From the NCBI GenBank assembly GCA_038251535.1, contig JBBSBF010000001.1, forward strand, positions 2,232 to 66,231: DNA of 64,000 nucleotides. The letters are read 5' to 3'. Every line of letters begins with the position of its first letter. Positions within the stretch are counted from its first letter, which is position 1. The translations under genes were made by a program, and so were the position numbers. This stretch comes from Minisyncoccia bacterium. GTDB lineage: Bacteria > Patescibacteriota > Minisyncoccia > Phycocordibacterales > UBA9973. Under the pieces are notes generated by a model. The model was not told where the DNA came from and did no database searches. It was given only the letters and a program-made list of their open reading frames with translations. Below, in pieces: positions 1 to 9,673 of the stretch.

Positions 1-2
1 AA

Positions 3-1202
3 ATGCGAGCCGATCTCGGTCGCGCAGCGGAGATACGCTATGGACATATTCCGATGCTTCAAAAAGAACTTGAGGCAAAGAGTCTCAAACTGAAAAAACT
101 TCAGAAAACTCGTCGTATCTTAAAGGAGGAAATAAACGAAGAAGATATCGCACAAGTTGTTGCACGATGGACCGGTGTACCATTGATGAAAATGCTTGAA
201 GAAGAGCGACAAAAACTCGTCAATATGGAGGCAGAGCTCAATAAACGAGTTGTCGGGCAAAAAGAGGCAATTGAAAAAATAGCAAATGTCATCAGGCGCA
301 ATCGTGCAGGAATCGGAGACCCAAATCGACCGATCGGTTCATATCTTTTCTTGGGTCCAACAGGTGTTGGTAAAACTGAACTCACCAAGACGCTCGCGGC
401 AAGTTTGTTCAATGATGAAAAGGCGCTCATACGAGTTGATATGAGTGAATATATGGAGCGTCATAGTGTGTCAAAACTCATTGGTTCACCTCCAGGGTAT
501 GTTGGATACGATGAAGCAGGACAGTTGACTGAGAGTGTTAAACATCGACCGTACTCCGTGATTCTCTTTGATGAGGTTGAGAAGGCACATCCCGAAGTGT
601 TTAACGTGTTGCTCCAGGTATTGGACGAAGGACATTTGCGTGACGCAAAAGGCCGGCTCGTTAACTTTAAAAATACTGTCATCATTATGACGAGTAATAT
701 CGGGAGTCAATTTATCGAAAAAATGGAAACGATTGGATTTCATGCCAATACAGAGTCCAACGAATACGGCAAGACGAAGGAAAAGGTAGAAGGAGCCCTC
801 AAAGACTACTTCCGTCCAGAGTTTCTCAACCGTATTGATGAAGTTGTCGTTTTTGATATCTTGACGCCAGAAGTGATCAAAGATATAGTCACCCTTCGCA
901 CCGATGTCGTATTGGCGCGTCTCAAGGATAAAGGTATCACTGTCTCAATTGCCGATGATACACTTTCATACCTTGCTCGGGTCGGGTATAATCCACACTA
1001 CGGAGCGAGACCCCTGAATCGTTTGATTCAGAACAAGATTCTCAATCCGATTGCAACACGTATCATTGCTCGATCAATCGAGGAAGGTGATCGTGTGAGC
1101 GTTTCTATGAATAATGATGACATTGTCATCCAAGTTCAAAAAAATAAAAAGAAACGTATTAGTTCTTTCACTGGTCATAAAAAAGAAGCACAGACTTCAT
1201 AA
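3..1202 (+). CDS. clpB: ClpB/ClpC AAA+ chaperone, C-terminal part (5' end outside window)
   Basis: Middle-domain end (DLGRAAEIRYG), NBD2 Walker A GPTGVGKT, RVDMSEYME, GSPPGYVGY, GARPL. Confidence 0.92.
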   Translation: MRADLGRAAEIRYGHIPMLQKELEAKSLKLKKLQKTRRILKEEINEEDIAQVVARWTGVPLMKMLEEERQKLVNMEAELNKRVVGQKEAIEKIANVIRRNRAGIGDPNRPIGSYLFLGPTGVGKTELTKTLAASLFNDEKALIRVDMSEYMERHSVSKLIGSPPGYVGYDEAGQLTESVKHRPYSVILFDEVEKAHPEVFNVLLQVLDEGHLRDAKGRLVNFKNTVIIMTSNIGSQFIEKMETIGFHANTESNEYGKTKEKVEGALKDYFRPEFLNRIDEVVVFDILTPEVIKDIVTLRTDVVLARLKDKGITVSIADDTLSYLARVGYNPHYGARPLNRLIQNKILNPIATRIIARSIEEGDRVSVSMNNDDIVIQVQKNKKKRISSFTGHKKEAQTS

Positions 1203-1233
1203 TATGACCAAATCCCTCCCATACGGGAGGAGC

Positions 1234-1316
1234 GCGTCGGTGGTAGAGTGGTCAATTACATCAGACTGTAAATCTGACGCCTTCGGGCTACGCAGGTTCA
1301 AATCCTGCCCGACGCA
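1234..1316 (+). tRNA. tRNA-Tyr(GTA)
   Basis: Acceptor GCGTCGG/CCGACGC, anticodon arm TCAGA-CT-GTA-AA-TCTGA, variable arm, T-arm GCAGG-TTCAAAT-CCTGC; CCA not encoded. Confidence 0.97.
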
Positions 1317-1319
1317 CAA

Positions 1320-1358
1320 TGAAAAAATCCCGAGCTTCTAGCTCTGGGATTTTTTCAT
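1320..1358. terminator. Hairpin terminator after tRNA-Tyr
   Basis: TGAAAAAATCCCGAGC-ttcta-GCTCTGGGATTTTTTCA inverted repeat. Confidence 0.75.
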
Positions 1359-1372
1359 ATGTCTCGGCGTGT

Positions 1373-1686
1373 GCAGGATTTGAACCGTAGGTGCCTGTTT
1401 TTAAAGAACGAGGCGACTATAAAAACAGTGCATCTCGACCGAAGGGAGAGGCATTTCTGCCCGACGCACAATCACAAAAGCTTGGCTTTATGCCAGGCTT
1501 TTGTGATTGTGAGCAAGAGAGCGAGCAAACTGCTTTACTCACATCAGGTTTTGAAAGCCGCAGTCATGCCGGCGGCAGGCGAGGCGGGCGATTAACAAAT
1601 CTTGCCGAAGGAGGCTTCGTGAGTACTTTGGCTTTTATGAATGAAATGAAATAAAAGCTTTAGTAACTCGTGACTAAATCCTGCCC
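1373..1686. repeat. tRNA-Tyr-derived fragments interspersed with hairpins
   Basis: Inverted 14-bp T-arm copy at 1373-1386; direct 3'-end copy CTGCCCGACGCACAAT ending at 1472; AAATCCTGCCC at 1676-1686. Confidence 0.85.
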
Positions 1687-1737
1687 CCACATCAATCTTA
1701 TTTGTATTCATCACATCTATCCTGTACCATTCTATGT

Positions 1738-2787
1738 ATGGATACAGAACGCTCTCATTTGAAACCTCGTTTGATAGCAATTGGGGTTATTTTGGTTATA
1801 GGGATATTTACGGCATTGTTTTTTGTGCGACAAGTTGATACCGAACAGCGATCATTGTTATTACAACAGACGCAGTATGCCGCACTTTTAGTGAACGCCG
1901 ACCAAATTGCTCAACTGAGAGGAGATGAGGCAGATATTGATAATCCCGTTTACCAAAAGCTCAAACAACTGTTCACGCAATTTCGAGCGTACAATCCTCG
2001 TATCCGGTTTGTGTACCTCATGGGATATCGACCTAATATCGAAAAAGAATTTTTCTATTTTGATTCTGAACCGGTGACTTCAGGGGATTATTCTCCTCCA
2101 GGGCAACTTTTTGAAGACACGAACAAGAAAGATATCGAGGGATTTGTAAAAGGAAACGCTTATACGAGTGGTCCATATCGTGATGCATGGGGTGAATGGG
2201 TTTCTGGTAATGCCCCCGTCAAAGATCTCAACGGCGAAACAGTCGGCATGGTTGGTATCGATATTGCAACGAGCGTATGGCATAGAGATAGTGCATTCGT
2301 TTGGTCTACTGTGGGAACGATTACGATACTGTTGTCGATACTCGTATTGTTTTTATTGCAGAGAATATATCGCAAACAAGATTCGATTAATGTTTTACAA
2401 GACAAAAATCGCACACTGACGTATAAAGAAAAAAAATTATCAGAAATACAAACTTTGGCACAGCTTGGCAAGATCACTATATATTTTGATGAAGAAACTA
2501 TAGTGGTAGATGAACAACTCGAACATTTATTTCATGAAAAGAAATCACCGATGACAATTGCAGATTTTCTGTTATATACTCATCCGGATGACCAACAGAC
2601 AGTCAAGACAGCATTTGAAGAAATAAAAACCAGCGATAATCAATACAGCTGGTTCGATGCACGCGTTGGTAGTCGTAGTGAAGGATATCGACTCTATCAT
2701 TTCTACGGTACGATCGATCGAAAGGGAAGTGTCAGGGGAGTGAGATTTTCTGGTATTATGCAAGACATTACTGATATTAAAAAATAA
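1738..2787 (+). CDS. Membrane sensor-like protein (TM, Cache-like domain, TM, PAS) with no output domain
   Basis: Two TM segments, Cache-like GPYRDAWGEWVSGNAPV..VGMVGIDI, PAS motifs HPDD and terminal QDITD. Confidence 0.7.
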   Translation: MDTERSHLKPRLIAIGVILVIGIFTALFFVRQVDTEQRSLLLQQTQYAALLVNADQIAQLRGDEADIDNPVYQKLKQLFTQFRAYNPRIRFVYLMGYRPNIEKEFFYFDSEPVTSGDYSPPGQLFEDTNKKDIEGFVKGNAYTSGPYRDAWGEWVSGNAPVKDLNGETVGMVGIDIATSVWHRDSAFVWSTVGTITILLSILVLFLLQRIYRKQDSINVLQDKNRTLTYKEKKLSEIQTLAQLGKITIYFDEETIVVDEQLEHLFHEKKSPMTIADFLLYTHPDDQQTVKTAFEEIKTSDNQYSWFDARVGSRSEGYRLYHFYGTIDRKGSVRGVRFSGIMQDITDIKK

Positions 2788-2790
2788 GAC

Positions 2791-3534
2791 ATGATACGAG
2801 AAGAAAAAATATATTTGTATGGAAAGCATGCGCTGTATGAAGCGCTCATCGCCCGGCCAGCAGTAATAAAAAAAGTATACCTCGATGCAAATGCGGCAAG
2901 TGATACAGAACTACAACTTCTTTTGAAGCAACATGCGATTTCGGTCAATGAAATAAAGGGTACTGATGCCACAAAAAAGGTAGGAGGAAACGCAGTACAT
3001 CAAGGAGTCATCGTAGAGATTGCAAACGAAAAACTTTACACATCGTTTGATGAGATAGTACCCCTTTTGGAAAAGGGGCAGTCACCGTGCTTTGTATTGC
3101 TTGATGAACTACAAGACCCACATAATGTCGGCGCAATCATCAGAAGTGCGGTTGCCTTTGGCGCTTCTGCAATCTTGCTTCCCGAGCACAACCAGTCTCC
3201 TGTTACCGGAACCGTGATCAAAACTTCAGCAGGGATGGTGTTTCGTGTACCTATCGTTCGTATCGGCAATGTAAATCAGACCATACGGCTTTTGAAAGAA
3301 AAAGGAATGTGGACGTATGGGTTGGTACTGGGTGGTACAACGGTACTGAAACAGGCAGTGTTTGATTCACCGACACTATTTATTGTAGGAAATGAATCGA
3401 CAGGTATTCGTGAAAAAACATTGGAACTCTGTGATATAACCCTTACCATCCCGATGCAACCGGGTTGTGAGTCGCTAAACGCATCGGTTGCTACTGCCGT
3501 CGTGCTCTACGAATGGAGTAGAGGACAACGATAA
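2791..3534 (+). CDS. rlmB: 23S rRNA 2'-O-methyltransferase, TrmH/SpoU family
   Basis: HQGV, LDELQDPHNVGAIIRSA, VGNESTG, ESLNASVA motifs. Confidence 0.9.
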   Translation: MIREEKIYLYGKHALYEALIARPAVIKKVYLDANAASDTELQLLLKQHAISVNEIKGTDATKKVGGNAVHQGVIVEIANEKLYTSFDEIVPLLEKGQSPCFVLLDELQDPHNVGAIIRSAVAFGASAILLPEHNQSPVTGTVIKTSAGMVFRVPIVRIGNVNQTIRLLKEKGMWTYGLVLGGTTVLKQAVFDSPTLFIVGNESTGIREKTLELCDITLTIPMQPGCESLNASVATAVVLYEWSRGQR

Positions 3535-3556
3535 TCTTTTCTGCTACTATCAACCC

Positions 3557-4918
3557 ATGGAAGACACACAAGACAAGAAAAAGGTGGTCACACGATTCGC
3601 GCCAAGTCCGACTGGACATTTACATATCGGCAGTTACCGTACGGCATTTTTTGCGTACTTGTTTGCCAAAAAAAATAATGGGAAATTCATTATACGCATC
3701 GAAGATACTGATAAAGAACGCTCAAAAAAAGAATATGCTGATGAGATATTTCGTGTTTTTGAAACGATAGGTATCGTGTATGATGAGAAATTTATACAGT
3801 CCGATCATCTCGATCGTCATCGAGCATTGCTCAAGCAACTGATCGAACAAAACAAAGCATACGTCTCTCGAGAAGAAGCAAAAGATGGCAGTGGAGTAAT
3901 CAAAGATATCATCCGATTTCGCAATCCAAATAAAATAGTAAGTTTTACTGATTTGATACGAGGAGAGATTTCTACCGACACGACTGATCTAGGGGATTTT
4001 GTTATCGCCAAGAATCTCGAAGAGCCATTGTTTCATCTCGCCGTTGTTGTCGATGACTATGATGAAGGAATCACGCATGTCATACGAGCAGAAGAGCATA
4101 TTGCAAATACTCCGCGTCAGATACTGATACACGAGGCGCTCGATTTCCCCGTACCGCACTATGCGCACTTGCCCCTAGTCCTTGCGCCTGATAAAACAAA
4201 AATGAGTAAACGCAAAGGTGCAGTACCGGTGATAGAGTATTTGGCACAAGGGTATATGCCTGAAGCGCTTTTGAATGCGATCTGTTTGTGCGGATGGAAT
4301 CCTGGCACTGAGCAAGAGATATTTTCTCGAACTGAGCTTGAACAATTATTTGATCTTGATCGGGTTCATAGAAGCGGGGCAATTTTCAATGAAGAGAAAT
4401 TGAATTGGTTTAACCGAGAATACATCAAGAAACTCTCGCAACAAGAATTTTGGGATCACGCACAATACGGACTTAACTCTAGTATCGTTTTAGATAATGA
4501 AGAACACCGAGAAATCTTGAAAAAACTCGAACCTCTTATTCGTGAGCGCATGGTGAAATTTGAAGATATGCAACTATTTTTTGGACGAGCTGATGGCTTA
4601 GTACCGGGAGAATTTGATTATTTCTTCGTCGAGCCATCGGTAGATCAAAAGATGTTGGTGTGGAAAAATGATACGCTTGAAAATGCAAAACTACATCTCA
4701 CAAAGGCGAAAGAAATGCTTGAACAAGTTGCTGATTGGACAGTAGAAAGCATACAAGCAGTACTGATGCCATATGCTGAGTCTAACGGAAAGGGAAATGT
4801 ATTGTGGCCACTACGAGTGGCACTCTCGGGGAGAGAAAAATCACCCGATCCATTTGAGATCGCAGCAATCCTCGGCAAAGAAAAAACCCTTTCACGAATC
4901 AATACTATCCTTACATAA
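3557..4918 (+). CDS. gltX: Glutamate--tRNA ligase
   Basis: TRFAPSPTG-HIGS, RIEDTD, KMSKR; start set at the ATG 6 nt after an extended -10. Confidence 0.95.
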   Translation: MEDTQDKKKVVTRFAPSPTGHLHIGSYRTAFFAYLFAKKNNGKFIIRIEDTDKERSKKEYADEIFRVFETIGIVYDEKFIQSDHLDRHRALLKQLIEQNKAYVSREEAKDGSGVIKDIIRFRNPNKIVSFTDLIRGEISTDTTDLGDFVIAKNLEEPLFHLAVVVDDYDEGITHVIRAEEHIANTPRQILIHEALDFPVPHYAHLPLVLAPDKTKMSKRKGAVPVIEYLAQGYMPEALLNAICLCGWNPGTEQEIFSRTELEQLFDLDRVHRSGAIFNEEKLNWFNREYIKKLSQQEFWDHAQYGLNSSIVLDNEEHREILKKLEPLIRERMVKFEDMQLFFGRADGLVPGEFDYFFVEPSVDQKMLVWKNDTLENAKLHLTKAKEMLEQVADWTVESIQAVLMPYAESNGKGNVLWPLRVALSGREKSPDPFEIAAILGKEKTLSRINTILT

Positions 4919-4967
4919 AAATTCCCCTCAAAGAGGGGAATTTTTATCGTTAGGCCTTGTCTATCAA

Positions 4968-5087
4968 TTACATTTCGCTTTCTTCTTCTGCAGTTTCTAC
5001 AGAAGCCATATCGGGAAGTTTACATGTCCAAACGCCGTCTTCTTCTATCCAAGTACCGCCTATTTTCTCGCAATCTTCTTGGTTCAT
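4968..5087 (-). CDS. 39-aa acidic small protein (MNQEDCEKIGGTWIEEDGVWTCKLP...)
   Basis: Translated by hand; CxxxGGxW...C motif; fills the intergenic gap and converges on the terminator at ~4918-4945. Confidence 0.55.
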   Translation of the reverse strand: MNQEDCEKIGGTWIEEDGVWTCKLPDMASVETAEEESEM

Positions 5088-5180
5088 ATACAGTAAATTA
5101 CAATTATGCTGATAGGTATATATTTTACCAAAAAGTGTCTTTTAGGTAAAGAAGAAAACCTTTGCTACAATCGCCAGGTA

Positions 5181-6422
5181 ATGTATACCTATGACGTTAT
5201 TATCGTTGGTGGTGGAGCGAGCGGTATGATGGCAGCTGGAACTGCCGCCAAAAGAGGCAAGAGAGTCCTGTTGCTTGAAAAAAATAAATCTCTGGGAGAG
5301 AAATTAAAAATCACCGGAGGTGGACGATGCAACATCACCAATGCCGAAGAAGACATCAGGAAGTTGTTGGCGCACTACGGTAAGGCAGAGCATTTTCTCT
5401 ATTCCTCGTTTTCGGTCTTTGGGGTGAAAGACACGTTTAACTTTTTTGAATCACGAGGGTTGCCGCTTGTCGTACAGGCACGTAAGCGGGCGTTTCCATA
5501 TACAGAAAAAGCACCTGATGTTGTTGCAGTGATGAAAAAACACGTAACCGATAGAAACATCACGATAAAAACTGGTGTCACGGTAAGAAATATCAACATA
5601 AAAGATGGTGCGATAAGTGGTGTAGTGATTGGTAAAGATATCTACAGCGCAGCGTCCTACATCATCGCCACCGGCGGTATGTCGCATCCAGAAACTGGCT
5701 CTACGGGGGATGGGTTTGGATGGCTTACAGAGCTCGGGCACACTGTTAAACAATCAACTCCGACGATTGTCCCACTTGCGACTAGAGAGCCATGGTCAAA
5801 GGTACTCTCTGGAACATCATTGTCATTTATGAAGATCACGTTCTTTGCCGATGGCAAAAAGGCGTTCAGTAAAACTGGTAAAGTGTTGTTTACGCACTTC
5901 GGACTTTCAGGCCCACTTATCCTTAACAGCGCAAGTACGGTCGCAGACCTTATACAGGAAGGTAAACTAGTGACGGTAACTATTGACGCGTATCCTGACA
6001 CCGATCTTGGTGCACTTGAAGACAAGATCATCAAAACGCTCGATCAGTATAAAAATAAAATGCTCAAAAATGTACTCGGAGAGATTGTGCCACCCGGGCT
6101 CGCGCCAGGTCTACAACTTTTGCTTGCAAGCGATATCAATTTTGAAACAAAAGTGCACAGCATCAGCCGCGACGATCGCAAGAAGTTGGTGTATGCATTA
6201 AAAGCTCTCCCGCTTACGGTCACCAACCTTATGGGGTTTGACCGCGCAGTTGTCGCAGATGGGGGAGTGACATTGACTGAGATAGACATGAAGACGATGC
6301 GAAGCAAAAAAATCCCCAACCTCTACGTGACTGGGGACTTGCTCGACATCACGCGTCCTTCTGGCGGGTACTCACTGCAGCTTTGTTGGACGACGGGGCA
6401 TGTAGCGGGGCTTAGTTGTTAA
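5181..6422 (+). CDS. HI0933/YhiN/BaiN-family flavoprotein
   Basis: GGGASGMMAA, GEKLKITGGGRCNITN, GSTGDG, LFTHFGLSGP, SGGYSLQ. Confidence 0.92.
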   Translation: MYTYDVIIVGGGASGMMAAGTAAKRGKRVLLLEKNKSLGEKLKITGGGRCNITNAEEDIRKLLAHYGKAEHFLYSSFSVFGVKDTFNFFESRGLPLVVQARKRAFPYTEKAPDVVAVMKKHVTDRNITIKTGVTVRNINIKDGAISGVVIGKDIYSAASYIIATGGMSHPETGSTGDGFGWLTELGHTVKQSTPTIVPLATREPWSKVLSGTSLSFMKITFFADGKKAFSKTGKVLFTHFGLSGPLILNSASTVADLIQEGKLVTVTIDAYPDTDLGALEDKIIKTLDQYKNKMLKNVLGEIVPPGLAPGLQLLLASDINFETKVHSISRDDRKKLVYALKALPLTVTNLMGFDRAVVADGGVTLTEIDMKTMRSKKIPNLYVTGDLLDITRPSGGYSLQLCWTTGHVAGLSC

Positions 6423-6424
6423 CA

Positions 6425-7003
6425 CTATGCGATAGCTTCACACAATATACCAACCCCAACCTTTTTCTCCGCAGAAAATGGCACAATGGTATGCGGACCG
6501 ACGATTGATTGGATCTTTGCGATACTTTTTTTGACATCATTTGCCTTTAGCTTGTCGATCTTGTTTGCGACGATGATGACGTCTTTCTTTTGTTCAGTCA
6601 GGTAGAGTAGCATGTCTTGGTCGTCAGCTGTTGGTCCAACTTTTGCATCGATGATGAGGACTACTTTGTGTTGAGAGATATTGCGGTTCCCAAAGTACCA
6701 AAGGATACGATTGCGCAAGAGTTCTTTGTCTGCAAATGAACCTTTTGCATAGCCGTAGCCTGGAAGGTCGACAAAGTAGTACTTGTTGTTTATGAGAAAG
6801 AAATTGATTTCTTTGGTAAATCCAGGAGCACTACTTGAGCGTGCCAAATTTTTCTCACCAGTGATACTGTTGATGACGCTTGATTTACCAACGTTTGACC
6901 TTCCGATAAATGCTATCTGAGGGAGTGTGTCATCGGGAAGCCCTTTATCGTCGACGACGGATTTGAGAAATATTGCGCTTTTTATTGTCTTAGTTATCGT
7001 CAT
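6425..7003 (-). CDS. engB: Ribosome biogenesis GTPase YihA/YsxC
   Basis: GRSNVGKSS, DLPGYGYA, NKIDK. Confidence 0.93.
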   Translation of the reverse strand: MTITKTIKSAIFLKSVVDDKGLPDDTLPQIAFIGRSNVGKSSVINSITGEKNLARSSSAPGFTKEINFFLINNKYYFVDLPGYGYAKGSFADKELLRNRILWYFGNRNISQHKVVLIIDAKVGPTADDQDMLLYLTEQKKDVIIVANKIDKLKANDVKKSIAKIQSIVGPHTIVPFSAEKKVGVGILCEAIA

Positions 7004-7752
7004 TTCGTGAGCATAGCACGAATGTAGGCTTTGGTCTCATCGATGTTTTTGACCGACACGCACTCGATACCAGAAGCCTTCGCTGGCTCATCGTTGCCAC
7101 CCGGGTAGAGCGCATCGCCAACAAAGACCATATCGGAGATGGGTATCGATAAAACTTTTGATAATTGCTGGATGCCATACGTTTTGTCGATACCTTTTTT
7201 AGTAATATCAATAGAATTCGTTCCTCCTATATGCACTGTGTATTGTGGTAAACGTTTTATGAAATAAAAAATAATTTCTTTCCGCTTTGATCTATCTGGA
7301 TCCCACGAGCTCTTTTCCTGAAGTGGAGCATCTTGGCCGAGCGCTGAAAAGGTTATTTGTGAACCCCGGTCCTCTATTTGTGCGCCGTGAATTTTTTCAG
7401 GAATATTGCCAGTTGCAAAGGCAGCTTCGTGCAGCATTGTAGTAATCTCGTCACTTTCGACGAGTGATAGCGTGTGCATATAAATTTCTTGCCAATCATT
7501 ATGTGTGTAGCGATACATGGCCGTGCCAGATGTTGGAAGGAGGTATAGTTTTTGGTACTGGAGAGAGGAGAGTGGTAATTGTGAGAGAAACTGTTTTTTG
7601 TACTGGGCGAGTGATCCACCACTCATCACGGCGATATAGTGGTCGTGATCAATCAACTGCTTCAACAATGTTGCCATCTCGCTATCGAGAGGTTGCTTGC
7701 TTTCGGCGAGCGTACCATCGAGATCAAATACGATTACTTTTTTGGACATCAT
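7000..7752 (-). CDS. HAD-IIB hydrolase, phosphomannomutase-like
   Basis: FDLDGTLA, EDRGSQIT, GGTNSIDI, FVGDALYPGGND as in PMM-type HADs. Confidence 0.8.
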   Translation of the reverse strand: MMSKKVIVFDLDGTLAESKQPLDSEMATLLKQLIDHDHYIAVMSGGSLAQYKKQFLSQLPLSSLQYQKLYLLPTSGTAMYRYTHNDWQEIYMHTLSLVESDEITTMLHEAAFATGNIPEKIHGAQIEDRGSQITFSALGQDAPLQEKSSWDPDRSKRKEIIFYFIKRLPQYTVHIGGTNSIDITKKGIDKTYGIQQLSKVLSIPISDMVFVGDALYPGGNDEPAKASGIECVSVKNIDETKAYIRAMLTK

Positions 7753-7757
7753 AACTA

Positions 7758-9650
7758 TTAGGAAAGTGTTTCTAGAATTTTGGATAATTTGGCAGTTGCA
7801 ACACCGGTGACTGCATCAGCAGCGCCGTAGTAAATATATAGTGTATTACCTCGTTTGACCAAGCCACATGGGAACACAACGTTGTTAACGATACCGTTCA
7901 ATTCATAAAACGCCTTTGGTTCAAACAACGGCAGTGCAGTTCGTGCCAAAACAATGGTCGGATCATCGAGATCGAGGAGTGCGGCACCGACGCTGTAGAC
8001 ACTGGTCGGGGATACGCCGTGATACAAGAGCAACCAACCTTTTTTTGTCTTGATCGGCGGAGCACTGATACCAACTTTTCTCCCGTCCCACATTCCACGT
8101 CTCGGAGAAAGTACTTCGATACAGCGCGATACTTTTTCTTTTGAAAAATCAAATGTGGGGAGAACGTCTGCGCAGATGTTGCTATCGATACGGTGCAGCA
8201 CGACGTATCCTGCCTTTGTTTTTCCTGGAACGATGCACCCGTCTTTGTCATCAACTGATGGAGGAGTGATCAGTAATGGTTCTGACCAGTTTTTCCATTT
8301 TTTGTCGAGGAAGTCTGCTTTGGAAATAAAACTTGACGCAACTCGAGGTAGATTGCCATCATATGCAGTATAAAAGATATATATGAAATCTCCCATGACG
8401 ACAGCTCTCGGATCTTCACATCCTGAGTTTCCTGGGCGCTGTTTATTTTCATATATTCCCCGAGGTACGTAGATCGGCTTACTTCCTCGTTCGGAAATCG
8501 TAACGCCGTCTGTTGATGCGGCCCATCCAACAGTCGATGTATCATCGTCCGACATTGCTCGATAGAGTATGTAGATAGTACCAGCGAGTTCGATTGCTGC
8601 AGGGTTAAAGACTCCGTGTGCTTCCCACGCTACCTTTGGTCTTGGTGCGAGTATTGGATTGTTGGCAAATCGGGTAACGATGTCTTTCTGTCGGTACATT
8701 GCTCCAATGAGACTCTTTAGGTTTACACTTGCTCTACAGCAGTGGGTGTCTGATCCACCATAGTATATATCGAGCATATCACCGCGAATAATCGCACCTG
8801 AAGGAAAGATAATCCTTGATATGGTGCCGATTTTTTCATAAAAAAGTTCGGGTACCATAAACGGCTTGTTGGTGTTGCCGATGATTTTGCGAGGTTTCTT
8901 GAGATCAAGTAAAAGACTCTGGATACCAAATATTGGAGTACCGTTTCGGTATTCTTGGATATGCGAATAGATCAGGAGCCATCCTTCTTTGGTTTTGACC
9001 GGTGGACTGCCAATCTCTACTTGTTCGTTGTCGTTGTGAGGAATGACGAGTGTACATTCATCAACGTGTTCGTACCAGTTGTTCCAAAAATCCATATCCC
9101 AGAGTTGCTCGATTGTATCAAATTCTGCAACGGCTATCTTGGTATGTGGTCGATCGGTATCGACGGTAAGGAGTGCACAGATTTTTCCATTGATACGCTC
9201 AGGAAATAACGACATTGCCTTTGCGTTAAACGGTGTTACCAGATGTTTTTCTGACACAGTTTCCAAGTCGTCACTGATCGCGAGCGCTACCTTTATGTTG
9301 TCAGGACCAAAGGGAAAGTTAGAGATAGCGGTATAAAAGATGTAATATCTCCCTTCAAACTTTGTCACTCTCGGGTCTTCGCAGCCGTATCGTTCGTAGT
9401 CTTCGTCAGTGGTTATAAATGGTCGTCGATCGGTGAAATCAACACCGTTTGTGCTGACCGCCTTGCCGATGATTGATTTGGGGATGCGTGGTTCGGCCAA
9501 AAGCTCTGGATGCGACATCGCACGATACAACAAGTGAGTAGTTTTTCCAATTTTTATAGGACAGCCGTTAAATGTTGCTTCAGCCTCCCATGGATGTTCG
9601 GGGATAGGTGAGAGTATAGGATTGTGTGGGTATCGGTGGATGGTAAACAT
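7758..9650 (-). CDS. Tandem two-domain GH130 glycoside phosphorylase/hydrolase
   Basis: Two copies of the NPIL..WE...FN, GCEDPR, FPxG...YYG motif set. Confidence 0.85.
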   Translation of the reverse strand: MFTIHRYPHNPILSPIPEHPWEAEATFNGCPIKIGKTTHLLYRAMSHPELLAEPRIPKSIIGKAVSTNGVDFTDRRPFITTDEDYERYGCEDPRVTKFEGRYYIFYTAISNFPFGPDNIKVALAISDDLETVSEKHLVTPFNAKAMSLFPERINGKICALLTVDTDRPHTKIAVAEFDTIEQLWDMDFWNNWYEHVDECTLVIPHNDNEQVEIGSPPVKTKEGWLLIYSHIQEYRNGTPIFGIQSLLLDLKKPRKIIGNTNKPFMVPELFYEKIGTISRIIFPSGAIIRGDMLDIYYGGSDTHCCRASVNLKSLIGAMYRQKDIVTRFANNPILAPRPKVAWEAHGVFNPAAIELAGTIYILYRAMSDDDTSTVGWAASTDGVTISERGSKPIYVPRGIYENKQRPGNSGCEDPRAVVMGDFIYIFYTAYDGNLPRVASSFISKADFLDKKWKNWSEPLLITPPSVDDKDGCIVPGKTKAGYVVLHRIDSNICADVLPTFDFSKEKVSRCIEVLSPRRGMWDGRKVGISAPPIKTKKGWLLLYHGVSPTSVYSVGAALLDLDDPTIVLARTALPLFEPKAFYELNGIVNNVVFPCGLVKRGNTLYIYYGAADAVTGVATAKLSKILETLS

Positions 9651-9673
9651 GCTGTTTGTTTTTTATTAAATAA

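Noticed and set aside
1359-1654. Short ORFs downstream of tRNA-Tyr
   Set aside because: They run through tRNA-derived repeats and hairpins and have no protein-like features.
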